Assembly: GCA_964014485.1 (NCBI GenBank)
Contig: CAXHAT010000032.1
Location: forward strand, 1-50,602
DNA length: 50,602 nucleotides
Source of the DNA: an uncultured Deferribacteres bacterium
GTDB lineage: Bacteria > Zhuqueibacterota > Zhuqueibacteria > Zhuqueibacterales > Geothermadaptataceae
Direction of reading: 5' to 3'
In this document: positions 1 through 7,663 of the stretch, in pieces
Numbering within the stretch: position 1 is the stretch's first letter
Layout: every line of letters begins with the position of its first letter
Notes under the pieces: generated by a model
The model's database searches: none
Told to the model about the DNA's origin: nothing
Seen by the model: only the letters and a program-made list of their open reading frames with translations
Made by a program: the position numbers and the translations under genes

Positions 1-47
1 CTTCAACAGGAAGAATTTCTGTGTTGTGATTGGTGCGTAACATCAGG

Positions 48-1082
48 TTAAAACTTGCCGTCGCGGGTTTCGAACTTTGTTGGTTTTCCGAGGGTGGGGA
101 GATCTTTCTTAATCCAGTCCGCCGTCCAGGAGATCATCTGCGAAACATCGACCCGCGGCAGACCGAATTTGGCTTTACAGATTGTTGCATTGCTGATGAG
201 CGCGTCCTCTGCTTCTGTACCGGTGAAGCGCGGTTTGCACCCAAGAGCGTCGCCTAGTTGATTTGCGAGTGAGCGCAGGGGCAGTATTTCGGCGCCGGTG
301 ACGTTGAGTACGGCGGGAGGGGAAGTCGCGTGAAAAAGCGAGCGCAGGGCAATCTCGTTCGCTTCTCCCTGCCAGATGATGTTGACATATCCCATCGAAA
401 GGTCAATTTTCTCGCCGGAGACAATCTTTTGAGCAAGATCGCAAAGGACGCCATAGCGCAGGTCAATGGCATAGTTGAGACGGTACAGAACCATCGGCGT
501 TCCATTTTGCCGGCTGAAGTACTCAAAGATTCGCTCGCGCCCTAGAACGGATTGTGCATATTCGCCAATGGGGCCAACCGGACTTTTCTCTTGACTTCCC
601 CCTTCGGAAACAAGAGAGAGTGGATAGACATTGCCGGAGGAAAACGCCACAATTCTCGCTTTCGCATAGCGCCGGGCAACGAGTCCAGGTAAAAAACTGT
701 TGATTGCCCAGGTTGTGGCTTCCTGAGAAGAAGTGCCAAACTTGGTTCCAGCCAGATAGAGAATGTTCTCCGCGTCAGGAAGGGCTTCAAGAGCGCCTTC
801 CCTCATCAGGTCGGCGGAAACGACTTCGATACCGTGCTGTTCCAGGGTCTGTCGTGCACGCGGATCGCTAAATCGGGAGACGCAAATGACTTTTGCGCCG
901 CTGCCCGATGCAGCGAGCGCCCGTTGCGCCAGTATTGCCAAAGTCACCCCCATCTTGCCGCCGGCGCCCAGCAGAAGCAGATCACCTTGTAAACGCTCCA
1001 TCGTTCGCTTGAGCCGTTCGCTTGGACGGGTCATGAAAGTTTCTAAGGCTTCAACCGACTCGAAGTTTTCCGGAAGCTGCAT
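48..1082 (-). CDS. NAD-dependent epimerase/dehydratase family protein (extended SDR)
   Basis: 344-aa ORF; Rossmann motif LLLGAGGKMG; FSSGNVYP and YAQS motifs. Confidence 0.85.
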   Translation of the reverse strand: MQLPENFESVEALETFMTRPSERLKRTMERLQGDLLLLGAGGKMGVTLAILAQRALAASGSGAKVICVSRFSDPRARQTLEQHGIEVVSADLMREGALEALPDAENILYLAGTKFGTSSQEATTWAINSFLPGLVARRYAKARIVAFSSGNVYPLSLVSEGGSQEKSPVGPIGEYAQSVLGRERIFEYFSRQNGTPMVLYRLNYAIDLRYGVLCDLAQKIVSGEKIDLSMGYVNIIWQGEANEIALRSLFHATSPPAVLNVTGAEILPLRSLANQLGDALGCKPRFTGTEAEDALISNATICKAKFGLPRVDVSQMISWTADWIKKDLPTLGKPTKFETRDGKF

Positions 1083-1149
1083 TATGCTGGATTCCTGTTG
1101 GTGGAAATCCCGGAATCAGGAAAGCTGTAGGGCATGTTGTTCCTCAGGA

Positions 1150-1830
1150 TTATGGATGCGCGAGAAATTTCGTCCGTGAATTGTTTGCCTTCCAAAGACG
1201 CCATCTTGTCGTCGTAGAAGCGGACTCGGGAAGAAACCGATCCTTCCAGGCGCCGCTAATGCAGGTCAGGCCGTCGGTTCCTTCGAGGTGGTACCAGAGA
1301 CTTTCCGTCTCCAAATCATAAAGGACAAAAGTATTGCGATAGGTCCAGCCGCTCGCGGCAAGCGTCAAGACCTGATTGTCAATTTCTCGACTGTACACGG
1401 CAGTCAGGCCGACGAGCGGTCAGTAAGCCGGAGCGACATGCGTCTCGCCGAAGGTCTCATTCGACACTTCGTGAAAGCTCATCTCGAACAGCGGATAAGC
1501 CCGCGCTTCGCCATTCAGTGAAACGCCAAGTACAAGAAAATCATCGTCATCCCGCGGGTAATTCGGCGATCCGGGAAGCAGAAAATCTGGAAAAATGAGC
1601 GGTGGAATTGCGTGCTTGCCCAGACCATACTGAAAGTCTCTGGCGATGAAGTTATACGTCTTCACGGCATGAGTTACATCCCAGCTTTGACCCGCAAGGT
1701 CCGTGATGAAAATCTTGTCGGCAACACGCTCAACCTCCTGTGGTGATTCAGGGGAGGTAGAAGAAGTTGTACAGCCCTGGTAAACCGCCAAGAAGAGAAT
1801 GAAGAATCGTCCGCCATTTTTGACTTTCAT
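1150..1830 (-). CDS. DUF3179-family probable selenoprotein/lipoprotein, about 226 aa, with in-frame UGA (Sec) at 1420-1422
   Basis: Track ORFs 1420..1830 and 1150..1398 are in the same frame, joined by TGA plus 7 sense codons: H-V-A-P-A-Y-[TGA]-P-L-V-G-L-T-A-V-Y-S-R. The TGA sits at the first Cys of the DUF3179 YCPLC motif. DUF3179 motifs lie on both sides (GEARAYP..HEVSNE; SGWTYRNTFVLYDLETESLW). Lipobox-like YQGC near the N-terminus. Confidence 0.8.
1385..1419 (-). promoter_or_regulatory. Candidate bacterial SECIS hairpin immediately 3' of the UGA
   Basis: Minus strand GACTG-ccgtgta-CAGTC stem-loop starts 14 nt after the UGA, with a possible lower CTC/GAG pairing. Confidence 0.5.
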
Positions 1831-1951
1831 GGAAAGGCCCTTCGCTGTGTTAACGTTTGTTGGGTAAAACGCCCAATTCGGAAAGGGTTATTCCAAAGCC
1901 GACTGTTAACCGAAGCAATTGCCGCCTTGTTCGTTTGAGCGGGTTGAAGCG

Positions 1952-2139
1952 CAATGTCACTAACTTTTGCTCGGTCACGCTCAGACAAACTGAAGTTTGA
2001 ACTACAAACCACACAGCATGCTTCTACTCTGAGCGTGAAGAAAGCACTGTCGTTTGTAGTTCAAGCTTCAGCTTGCCTATTTGCCGTAGTCGTTGTCCGT
2101 GCTTCTTGAACTCAAAATCACCAAAAGTTAGTGACATTG
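1952..2139. mobile_element. MITE-like element (188 bp) with perfect 18-bp terminal inverted repeats enclosing a REP-like doublet
   Basis: CAATGTCACTAACTTTTG (1952-1969) / CAAAAGTTAGTGACATTG (2122-2139). Inner inverted pair 1984-2009 / 2052-2077. Flanks GGTTGAAGCG / GGGTGAAGCA match 8/10, a possible decayed target duplication. Confidence 0.7.
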
Positions 2140-2167
2140 GGGTGAAGCATGGTCACATCCGTCTGAT

Positions 2168-3025
2168 TTAAAGTCGGTAAAACGCAATTGCATTGTCGTG
2201 AAAGAGTTTCTGCTGATTTGCTGACGAAGCATTTGCATCAGTCTGTCGGAGGGTTTCCACCCATCGGGCATAGGTCGAAGCCTGAACGGCTACGGGCCAA
2301 TCGCCGCCGAACAGAATGCGGTCCCAGCCGAAGCGCCTGATGACTTCATCGATATAGGGCTGAAGATCCTGTGCCGTCCAGTTTTCGAAGTCTGCTTCGG
2401 TCACAAGACCAGAAATTTTACACCAGGTGTTTGGCAAATCGGCAAATTGCTTGAGCAGGTCGCGCCAGGGCGTCTGGATTCCTTCCTTTATAAACGGTTT
2501 GCCAATATGATCCAAGATGAAGCGCACCTCCGGGCACTGCTGAACAAGACGAATGGCGTTACTGAACTGGTCGTCACCTTTCAAGCAGAATTCGAAGTGC
2601 AGATCAAAATCGGCAAGAAGTCTGACGCCCTCCAGGAATTCAGGCGCAAGACAAAATGCGGGATCGTCTTCAAACTGAATGATCCGCCGAACGCCCTTTA
2701 TGAGCGGGTTTTGTGCCAGCGCGGCTACTTCCTGACTCGCCTTTTCGCCCTTTTCCAAAGGCGCCCACGGCACAATCCCCTGAATTCGCCGATCGTGCAG
2801 CGCCAATTCGGTAACCCAATCCGCTTCCTGACGATATTGGGCAAAATCAACTTCGCACTGCAGGAAGACCATCTTGTCGATGTTGAGTCCTTCTGTCGCC
2901 AGATTGTAGTCGTCCAGCAGGTAGGGGCGATTGAGAATCGGTATATCCTGCAACCAGGGATAGTTCAGGGCGTCCGGATCCCAAAGATGCAGGTGAGTGT
3001 CGACGATCGGAAGACTGTCAGGCAT
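2168..3025 (-). CDS. Amidohydrolase family protein, sugar-lactone (L-fuconolactonase-like) hydrolase
   Basis: IVDTHLHLW, ILDHIGKP, KISG and FGGDWPV motifs; start placed at MPDSLP (3025) to avoid overlapping the SDR gene. Confidence 0.85.
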   Translation of the reverse strand: MPDSLPIVDTHLHLWDPDALNYPWLQDIPILNRPYLLDDYNLATEGLNIDKMVFLQCEVDFAQYRQEADWVTELALHDRRIQGIVPWAPLEKGEKASQEVAALAQNPLIKGVRRIIQFEDDPAFCLAPEFLEGVRLLADFDLHFEFCLKGDDQFSNAIRLVQQCPEVRFILDHIGKPFIKEGIQTPWRDLLKQFADLPNTWCKISGLVTEADFENWTAQDLQPYIDEVIRRFGWDRILFGGDWPVAVQASTYARWVETLRQTDANASSANQQKLFHDNAIAFYRL

Positions 3026-3038
3026 GATTCGATCCTTT

Positions 3039-3785
3039 CTATTTTGCGAGGTAGCCGCCATCGACGACCAGATCGCTCCCGGTCATGAACGAAGCATCGT
3101 CACTTGCTAGGAAGGCCACGGCTGACGCGACTTCTTCAGGCTGGCCTTGACGGTTGAGGAGATGCATTGCCGAAGCCCGCTTGTTTTCTTCTTCCAAATC
3201 GAGACCAAGATCGGCACACGAATTGACGAAGGCTGAAGTGTAAATATAGCCTGGGCAGATCGTGTTGACGCGAATCCCGTGCGGCGCCAGATCCTGCGCC
3301 CAGCATTTTGTCAGCCCGCGAATTGCAAATTTTGTCGCGTTGTAGGTCGCGAAATTGGCCTGGCCGACGAATCCGCTCACTGAAGAGAAATTGATGATGC
3401 TGCCGCCGCCGAGCTTTTGCATTTGCGGCGTGAGATACTTCGCCATCAGAGAAGTGCCGGCAATGTTGACCTTGCAGATGTCGACCCACTCTTCCGCACT
3501 TGCTTCCACGCCTTTGAAAATAAAGTGCGCCGCACTGTTCACCAGAATCGACGCCAGTCCAGTTTCATTCTCAATTTTCCTGCACACTTCCTGGACAGCG
3601 GGTTCTTTCTGAATGTCGACCTGAAAGTAATGCGCACCGATTTCAGAAGCCCGGTCTTTCTCATCCTCTTTGAGATCAAGTACAGCGACTTTGCAGCCCT
3701 CTTCGACGAGACGAACTGCAGAGGCAAATCCTAAATCCCCCAATCCGCCGGTGATGACGGCGACTTTTCCTTGCAAACCACGCAT
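3039..3785 (-). CDS. Short-chain dehydrogenase/reductase
   Basis: TGGLGDLG, LVNSA, YNATK (YxxxK), IRVNTICPG, VDGGY. Confidence 0.92.
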   Translation of the reverse strand: MRGLQGKVAVITGGLGDLGFASAVRLVEEGCKVAVLDLKEDEKDRASEIGAHYFQVDIQKEPAVQEVCRKIENETGLASILVNSAAHFIFKGVEASAEEWVDICKVNIAGTSLMAKYLTPQMQKLGGGSIINFSSVSGFVGQANFATYNATKFAIRGLTKCWAQDLAPHGIRVNTICPGYIYTSAFVNSCADLGLDLEEENKRASAMHLLNRQGQPEEVASAVAFLASDDASFMTGSDLVVDGGYLAK

Positions 3786-3807
3786 TGTCTGCCTCTAAAG
3801 TATTTTT

Positions 3808-4836
3808 TTATTGAAAAGATGACGGCGCCAGAACCGCTTTGACGTCGCCGGCGCCAGGATCCAGCATACGGCGAAAAATGTCGACGCCCTGATCAAGCGG
3901 ATAGGTTGAAGTCCATGATTCCACCTCGACTAAACCCTCGCACATGAGTCTCAGAGCTTCTTGTAGATCCGAGAGGGTCGCGGCATAACTGCCAAGAACA
4001 GCTTTTTCCGGCAGGGTGAGTGCATACGAGTTAAGCGACATCGCATCCCCATGCAAGCCGATCCACACAGCGCTGCCACCGGGGCGTGTGCATTCGATTG
4101 ACAGCGCTTTGGTTTGCGCTGAGCCAACGGCGTCGACGACGACGTCCACACCCTCTCCGGACGTCAGCTCGCGAACGACTTCACTCACGTTGTCCTCGTC
4201 GGCTTGTATCGTCGCAACTGCGCCCAGTTGCCTGGCTAGTTTCAGGCGATCTGGAAGAAGATCACTGACAAAGACCACGGCCTGACGAAGCGTTTGCAGC
4301 GTTTGCTGGCACATGAGGCCAATGGGGCCGGCGCCCAGCACCAGTGCTGATTGAATCTGCTGATGTGCCGTGAGCCGCACCACGTGAACACCATTGCCCA
4401 GCGGCTCTGCCAGGCAGGCGGCCTGGGCTGAGAGTTCGCTCGGCCAGGGAAGAAGCGACGCAACCGGTACGTTGACATAGTCGGCAAATGCGCCCTGTCG
4501 ATGCATGCCGAAGATCTGTCGTGTCTCGCACAAATGCGGTCTGCCGCCAAGGCAGCGCACACAAGACCCGCAGGAAACCAGGGCATTGCACACAACATTT
4601 TCGCCAATTTCAAAATTTGAAACGCCTGCACCAAGCTCGATAATCTGGCCGCAGAACTCATGTCCCATGATTTTTGGCGGTTGCCGGCGCGGGCTATGGT
4701 TACGAAACCCTTCCAGCTCACTCCCGCAAATCCCGCAGGCGGCAACGGCCAGCACCACTTCTTCGGCGGCTGCTTCGGGCTTTGGTTCTTCGGAGATGAC
4801 GAGTTCGTCAAAGGCGGAATAGAGCAGAGCCTGCAT
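3808..4836 (-). CDS. Zn-dependent sugar/polyol dehydrogenase (MDR superfamily)
   Basis: GICGSE, MGHEFCG, structural Zn site CGSCVRC...C, GAGPIG; start placed at MQALLY. Confidence 0.9.
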   Translation of the reverse strand: MQALLYSAFDELVISEEPKPEAAAEEVVLAVAACGICGSELEGFRNHSPRRQPPKIMGHEFCGQIIELGAGVSNFEIGENVVCNALVSCGSCVRCLGGRPHLCETRQIFGMHRQGAFADYVNVPVASLLPWPSELSAQAACLAEPLGNGVHVVRLTAHQQIQSALVLGAGPIGLMCQQTLQTLRQAVVFVSDLLPDRLKLARQLGAVATIQADEDNVSEVVRELTSGEGVDVVVDAVGSAQTKALSIECTRPGGSAVWIGLHGDAMSLNSYALTLPEKAVLGSYAATLSDLQEALRLMCEGLVEVESWTSTYPLDQGVDIFRRMLDPGAGDVKAVLAPSSFQ

Positions 4837-4895
4837 TGGTAATCCCTTGTATGTGGCCAAGCGCGGTGCTAAGGCAAGTTAAGAGAAAGCTGTTT

Positions 4896-5035
4896 TTTGA
4901 CAGGATTAACACGATCAACGGGATTGTTGAGCTCATTTCTGATCGCAAACCGACCGGAATGAGTTTTATGGACGAAGGGGAGCAGATCGCCATGCATATT
5001 TTTTCAATCGTGTTGATCCAGTCAATACTGTCAAA
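4896..5035. repeat. Inverted doublet of the GACAGGATTAACAGGATT-type repeat
   Basis: 31-bp arms 4896-4926 and 5005-5035, 25/31 complementary, each made of about 9-nt subunits. Confidence 0.65.
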
Positions 5036-5051
5036 GAAATAAAACCGCGCC

Positions 5052-7163
5052 TTAGGCTCCAATCCGCGTCACGATCCAGAGGAGCAGAATGATGAGCCCG
5101 ACCAAAACCCAGGTGCCAAAGAAGCCCAGATAATCCATCTTTTGGGGTTTGTGGATCTCAAAATGCGACCACGGAAAGAGTTTGCGATCTTCGAAAGTGC
5201 TCATGCTTTTTGCATTTTGCGTAATCGCCTGCACATCTTCCTCGGGCGTTGCCTGGACGGGCGTATGGATTTTCGCATAGAAGTAATCGAGTCGATCTTT
5301 GCGGTTGGGCCTCGTAAAATAACTGACAATGAAAAGGAGAATGAATGGGAAAATCGCATCGAACAGGAAGCGCCAGGCGACTAAATTGGCCTTGCTTGAC
5401 TGGCTAAAGTCGAAACCAATCAAACTGAGCACCCAGAGCTCGGCATTAAAGCGCCCATAGCCCAGAAGCGGTGAGTTGGGATCTTCTGCATCCTGCCGCG
5501 CGATATTGTCAAAGAAGATGGCGTATTTCGGCACGACCCGGTCTTTTGTAATTGTCTCTCCAACTTTCGTTGCCAGGCCCGCTTCAACGTCCTCCGGGAG
5601 CGCCCGGGTTTCGATCCTGAGTGTACGTTCTACTGTTTGCTTCAGGAACGCCGGGTTGCTCCGCGCCCAATCCATGTTTTCAAAAACATTCGGCAGTACG
5701 GCGATTACAAGAATACTGAGCACAACCTGAACATAAACGGCCGTGCGGGTTACACGGCGCCAGAGGAAGCCGAGCCAAATCGCTGCGCCAAAAATGCCGG
5801 GTACAGTAATCGCGTATTTGAAAAGCTGCAACAAATCAGACACAAACATGGCGACAAAGACGCCGCCAAAAATGATGAAGATCACCGCAATTCGGGCAAC
5901 CCAGATGTAGTGCTTTTCGGACTTGTCGGGGAAGTAGGGCTTGTAGAGCTGATTGACAACCAAGGCCGAAATCGCCATCGCGGCTGCATCGAGGGTGGAC
6001 ATGCTTGCGGCAAGGACGCCGATCATCATAATGCCAATGAAGCCAGGGCTCATTAAATTTCTTGTCATGTGTCCCCAAGCCAGATCGGGATCGCTGAGTT
6101 GTCCTGAGTAGAGTCCGATTGCGATCAGGCCTGCAAGAGCCCAGAAAATCATCATCAAGCGTTTGAACATCATGCCGGCGATGTTGCCAAATCGCGCGGT
6201 TGCTTCATCTTTTGCCGCGCCGGCGACTTGCATGTTGTGGGCAACGGCAACTATCGAAACGAGGTTAGCAATGGCCATTGCGGCAATCGTATACCAGGCG
6301 TATTCGCTCAGGGCGTCCGCTCCAAAAAGCCAGAACATGTGTTCGGGGACTTTATCGTGCAGCCCGGAAAATCCACCGATTGCGTAGAGTCCAAACGGCA
6401 CGAGCAGCATTGAAAAAAATACCATCAAAATACCCTGGAGCGCGTCCGTTACCGCGGCGGCTTCGAAGCCGCCAAGCAAAACATAGGCGCAGACACAAGC
6501 GGCGTAAATGAAGTAGAAGACGACGGGGTCGGTATAGGAGATAAAGGCATTGAGGCGACCTTGATTGTTCAGAGCCTGCAATTCTTCATAGCGATTCTGT
6601 TGCGCCTCTGGCAATTCTTGGGCGAGATAAGCCTTGTTGAGCTGGTTGTACTCGCTGTACTGTTCTACACTGAGACGTTCTTCTGCGGTAAATTCTTCCG
6701 CGGGCTTTGGCGTGAGCGCCATGAAAGTTTTTGCTGAGACCAGGTAGCCCATCGCGCCGCCGAGAAGAGAGAGTGCAATACTAAAGATGGCAAAACCCAC
6801 AGCCAACCCATGGCTGTTAAACCGTTCATGGAAATAATCGCCAATCGTCGTCAAACGGACGCGGCGAAACAGGAGAGCGGTGAACCAATAAAAAGGCGTC
6901 AAAAACAGAACGATGTACTGAATCCACATGCCGGCAATACCTTGCCTGTAGATTTCCCGAGTAACGCCGGCCGCCTGGCTCGCATCGGTGGCGGAACCAA
7001 AGCTCAAGAAGAACTGGTAGAGCTTCCCCATGTTTCTTCCGGCAAGAAAGAACTCCTCGGTGCCGGTCATTCTTTTGCTGATCCGAACGGCGACCCAGAA
7101 GATTGCGACAAAATAAAGGAGAATCAAAATTGCGTCTAAAATATGCAATCCTAAAAGATACAT
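5052..7163 (-). CDS. Sodium:solute symporter (SSS) family transporter
   Basis: EEFFLAGRNMG, TIGDYFHERF, GGFEAAAVTD, GVLAASMST; many TM segments; start placed at MYLLGLH. Confidence 0.9.
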   Translation of the reverse strand: MYLLGLHILDAILILLYFVAIFWVAVRISKRMTGTEEFFLAGRNMGKLYQFFLSFGSATDASQAAGVTREIYRQGIAGMWIQYIVLFLTPFYWFTALLFRRVRLTTIGDYFHERFNSHGLAVGFAIFSIALSLLGGAMGYLVSAKTFMALTPKPAEEFTAEERLSVEQYSEYNQLNKAYLAQELPEAQQNRYEELQALNNQGRLNAFISYTDPVVFYFIYAACVCAYVLLGGFEAAAVTDALQGILMVFFSMLLVPFGLYAIGGFSGLHDKVPEHMFWLFGADALSEYAWYTIAAMAIANLVSIVAVAHNMQVAGAAKDEATARFGNIAGMMFKRLMMIFWALAGLIAIGLYSGQLSDPDLAWGHMTRNLMSPGFIGIMMIGVLAASMSTLDAAAMAISALVVNQLYKPYFPDKSEKHYIWVARIAVIFIIFGGVFVAMFVSDLLQLFKYAITVPGIFGAAIWLGFLWRRVTRTAVYVQVVLSILVIAVLPNVFENMDWARSNPAFLKQTVERTLRIETRALPEDVEAGLATKVGETITKDRVVPKYAIFFDNIARQDAEDPNSPLLGYGRFNAELWVLSLIGFDFSQSSKANLVAWRFLFDAIFPFILLFIVSYFTRPNRKDRLDYFYAKIHTPVQATPEEDVQAITQNAKSMSTFEDRKLFPWSHFEIHKPQKMDYLGFFGTWVLVGLIILLLWIVTRIGA

Positions 7164-7535
7164 GGGGCGTCTCACAATTTCATTGAATCGACGGATATGA
7201 GCGTGTCGATAGTGTACACGGGGAAGAATATGGGCTGAAAAAAGCCACGCCAAAGGCGCCGTTCAAAGCTGAAAATGACCAGCTCAATGCAGTTTAACCA
7301 GCTGTGCCGAATCTGCGATGTTTTAATTCAGATCGTGCAAAGAAATTTGTTATACTTTCGTTACTTTTTACAACCATCTTTGACCGGACTTGAGTGTACT
7401 CGAAACCCGATAAGTATTTACTTCTTATAGGTTTCGTGTTTTCTGCAGAGTGATCCAGTACCCAGCGAAAGACCGCCCTGCATTTGTTTAATCCGTCATC
7501 AGAATTGTAGATCTTTCCTGTCAGATACAAAACTC

Positions 7536-7597
7536 AGGAGGTCTCTATGACTTGAATCGCTACTCCCCTCTGGATACCGCTATCCACCAGTTTTTTT
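7536..7597 (+). promoter_or_regulatory. Possible leader/attenuator: SD, Met-Thr-stop minigene, then hairpin and T-tract
   Basis: AGGAGGT (7536-7542); ATG ACT TGA (7547-7555); TGGATA-ccgc-TATCCA (7571-7586); T7 (7591-7597); all upstream of the TonB receptor SD (7651-7657). Confidence 0.35.
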
Positions 7598-7663
7598 AAG
7601 AATTTTCCCAGATTTCGTTTAATTCACACCAACTGCTGAAAGTGTGACCAAGGAGGTTACCAG

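Noticed and set aside
1150..1830. Calling DUF3179 a nonsense-mutated pseudogene or two separate genes
   Set aside because: The single stop is UGA exactly at the conserved Cys column, with a downstream hairpin and no other lesions; Sec read-through is the simpler explanation
1827..2012. 61-aa ORF
   Set aside because: It starts inside the palindromic element, shows no recognisable motif and is probably spurious
2447..3088. Long antisense or alternate-frame ORFs (for example 2447..3088, 11978..12736, 21469..22179, 30488..31174, 43717..44316)
   Set aside because: They overlap well-supported genes, have no motifs and are typical shadow ORFs
7547..7663. N-terminal extension of the TonB receptor by read-through of two in-frame UGAs from the upstream ATG
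   Set aside because: Being in frame has a 1-in-3 chance; the receptor has its own strong SD and signal peptide at 7664
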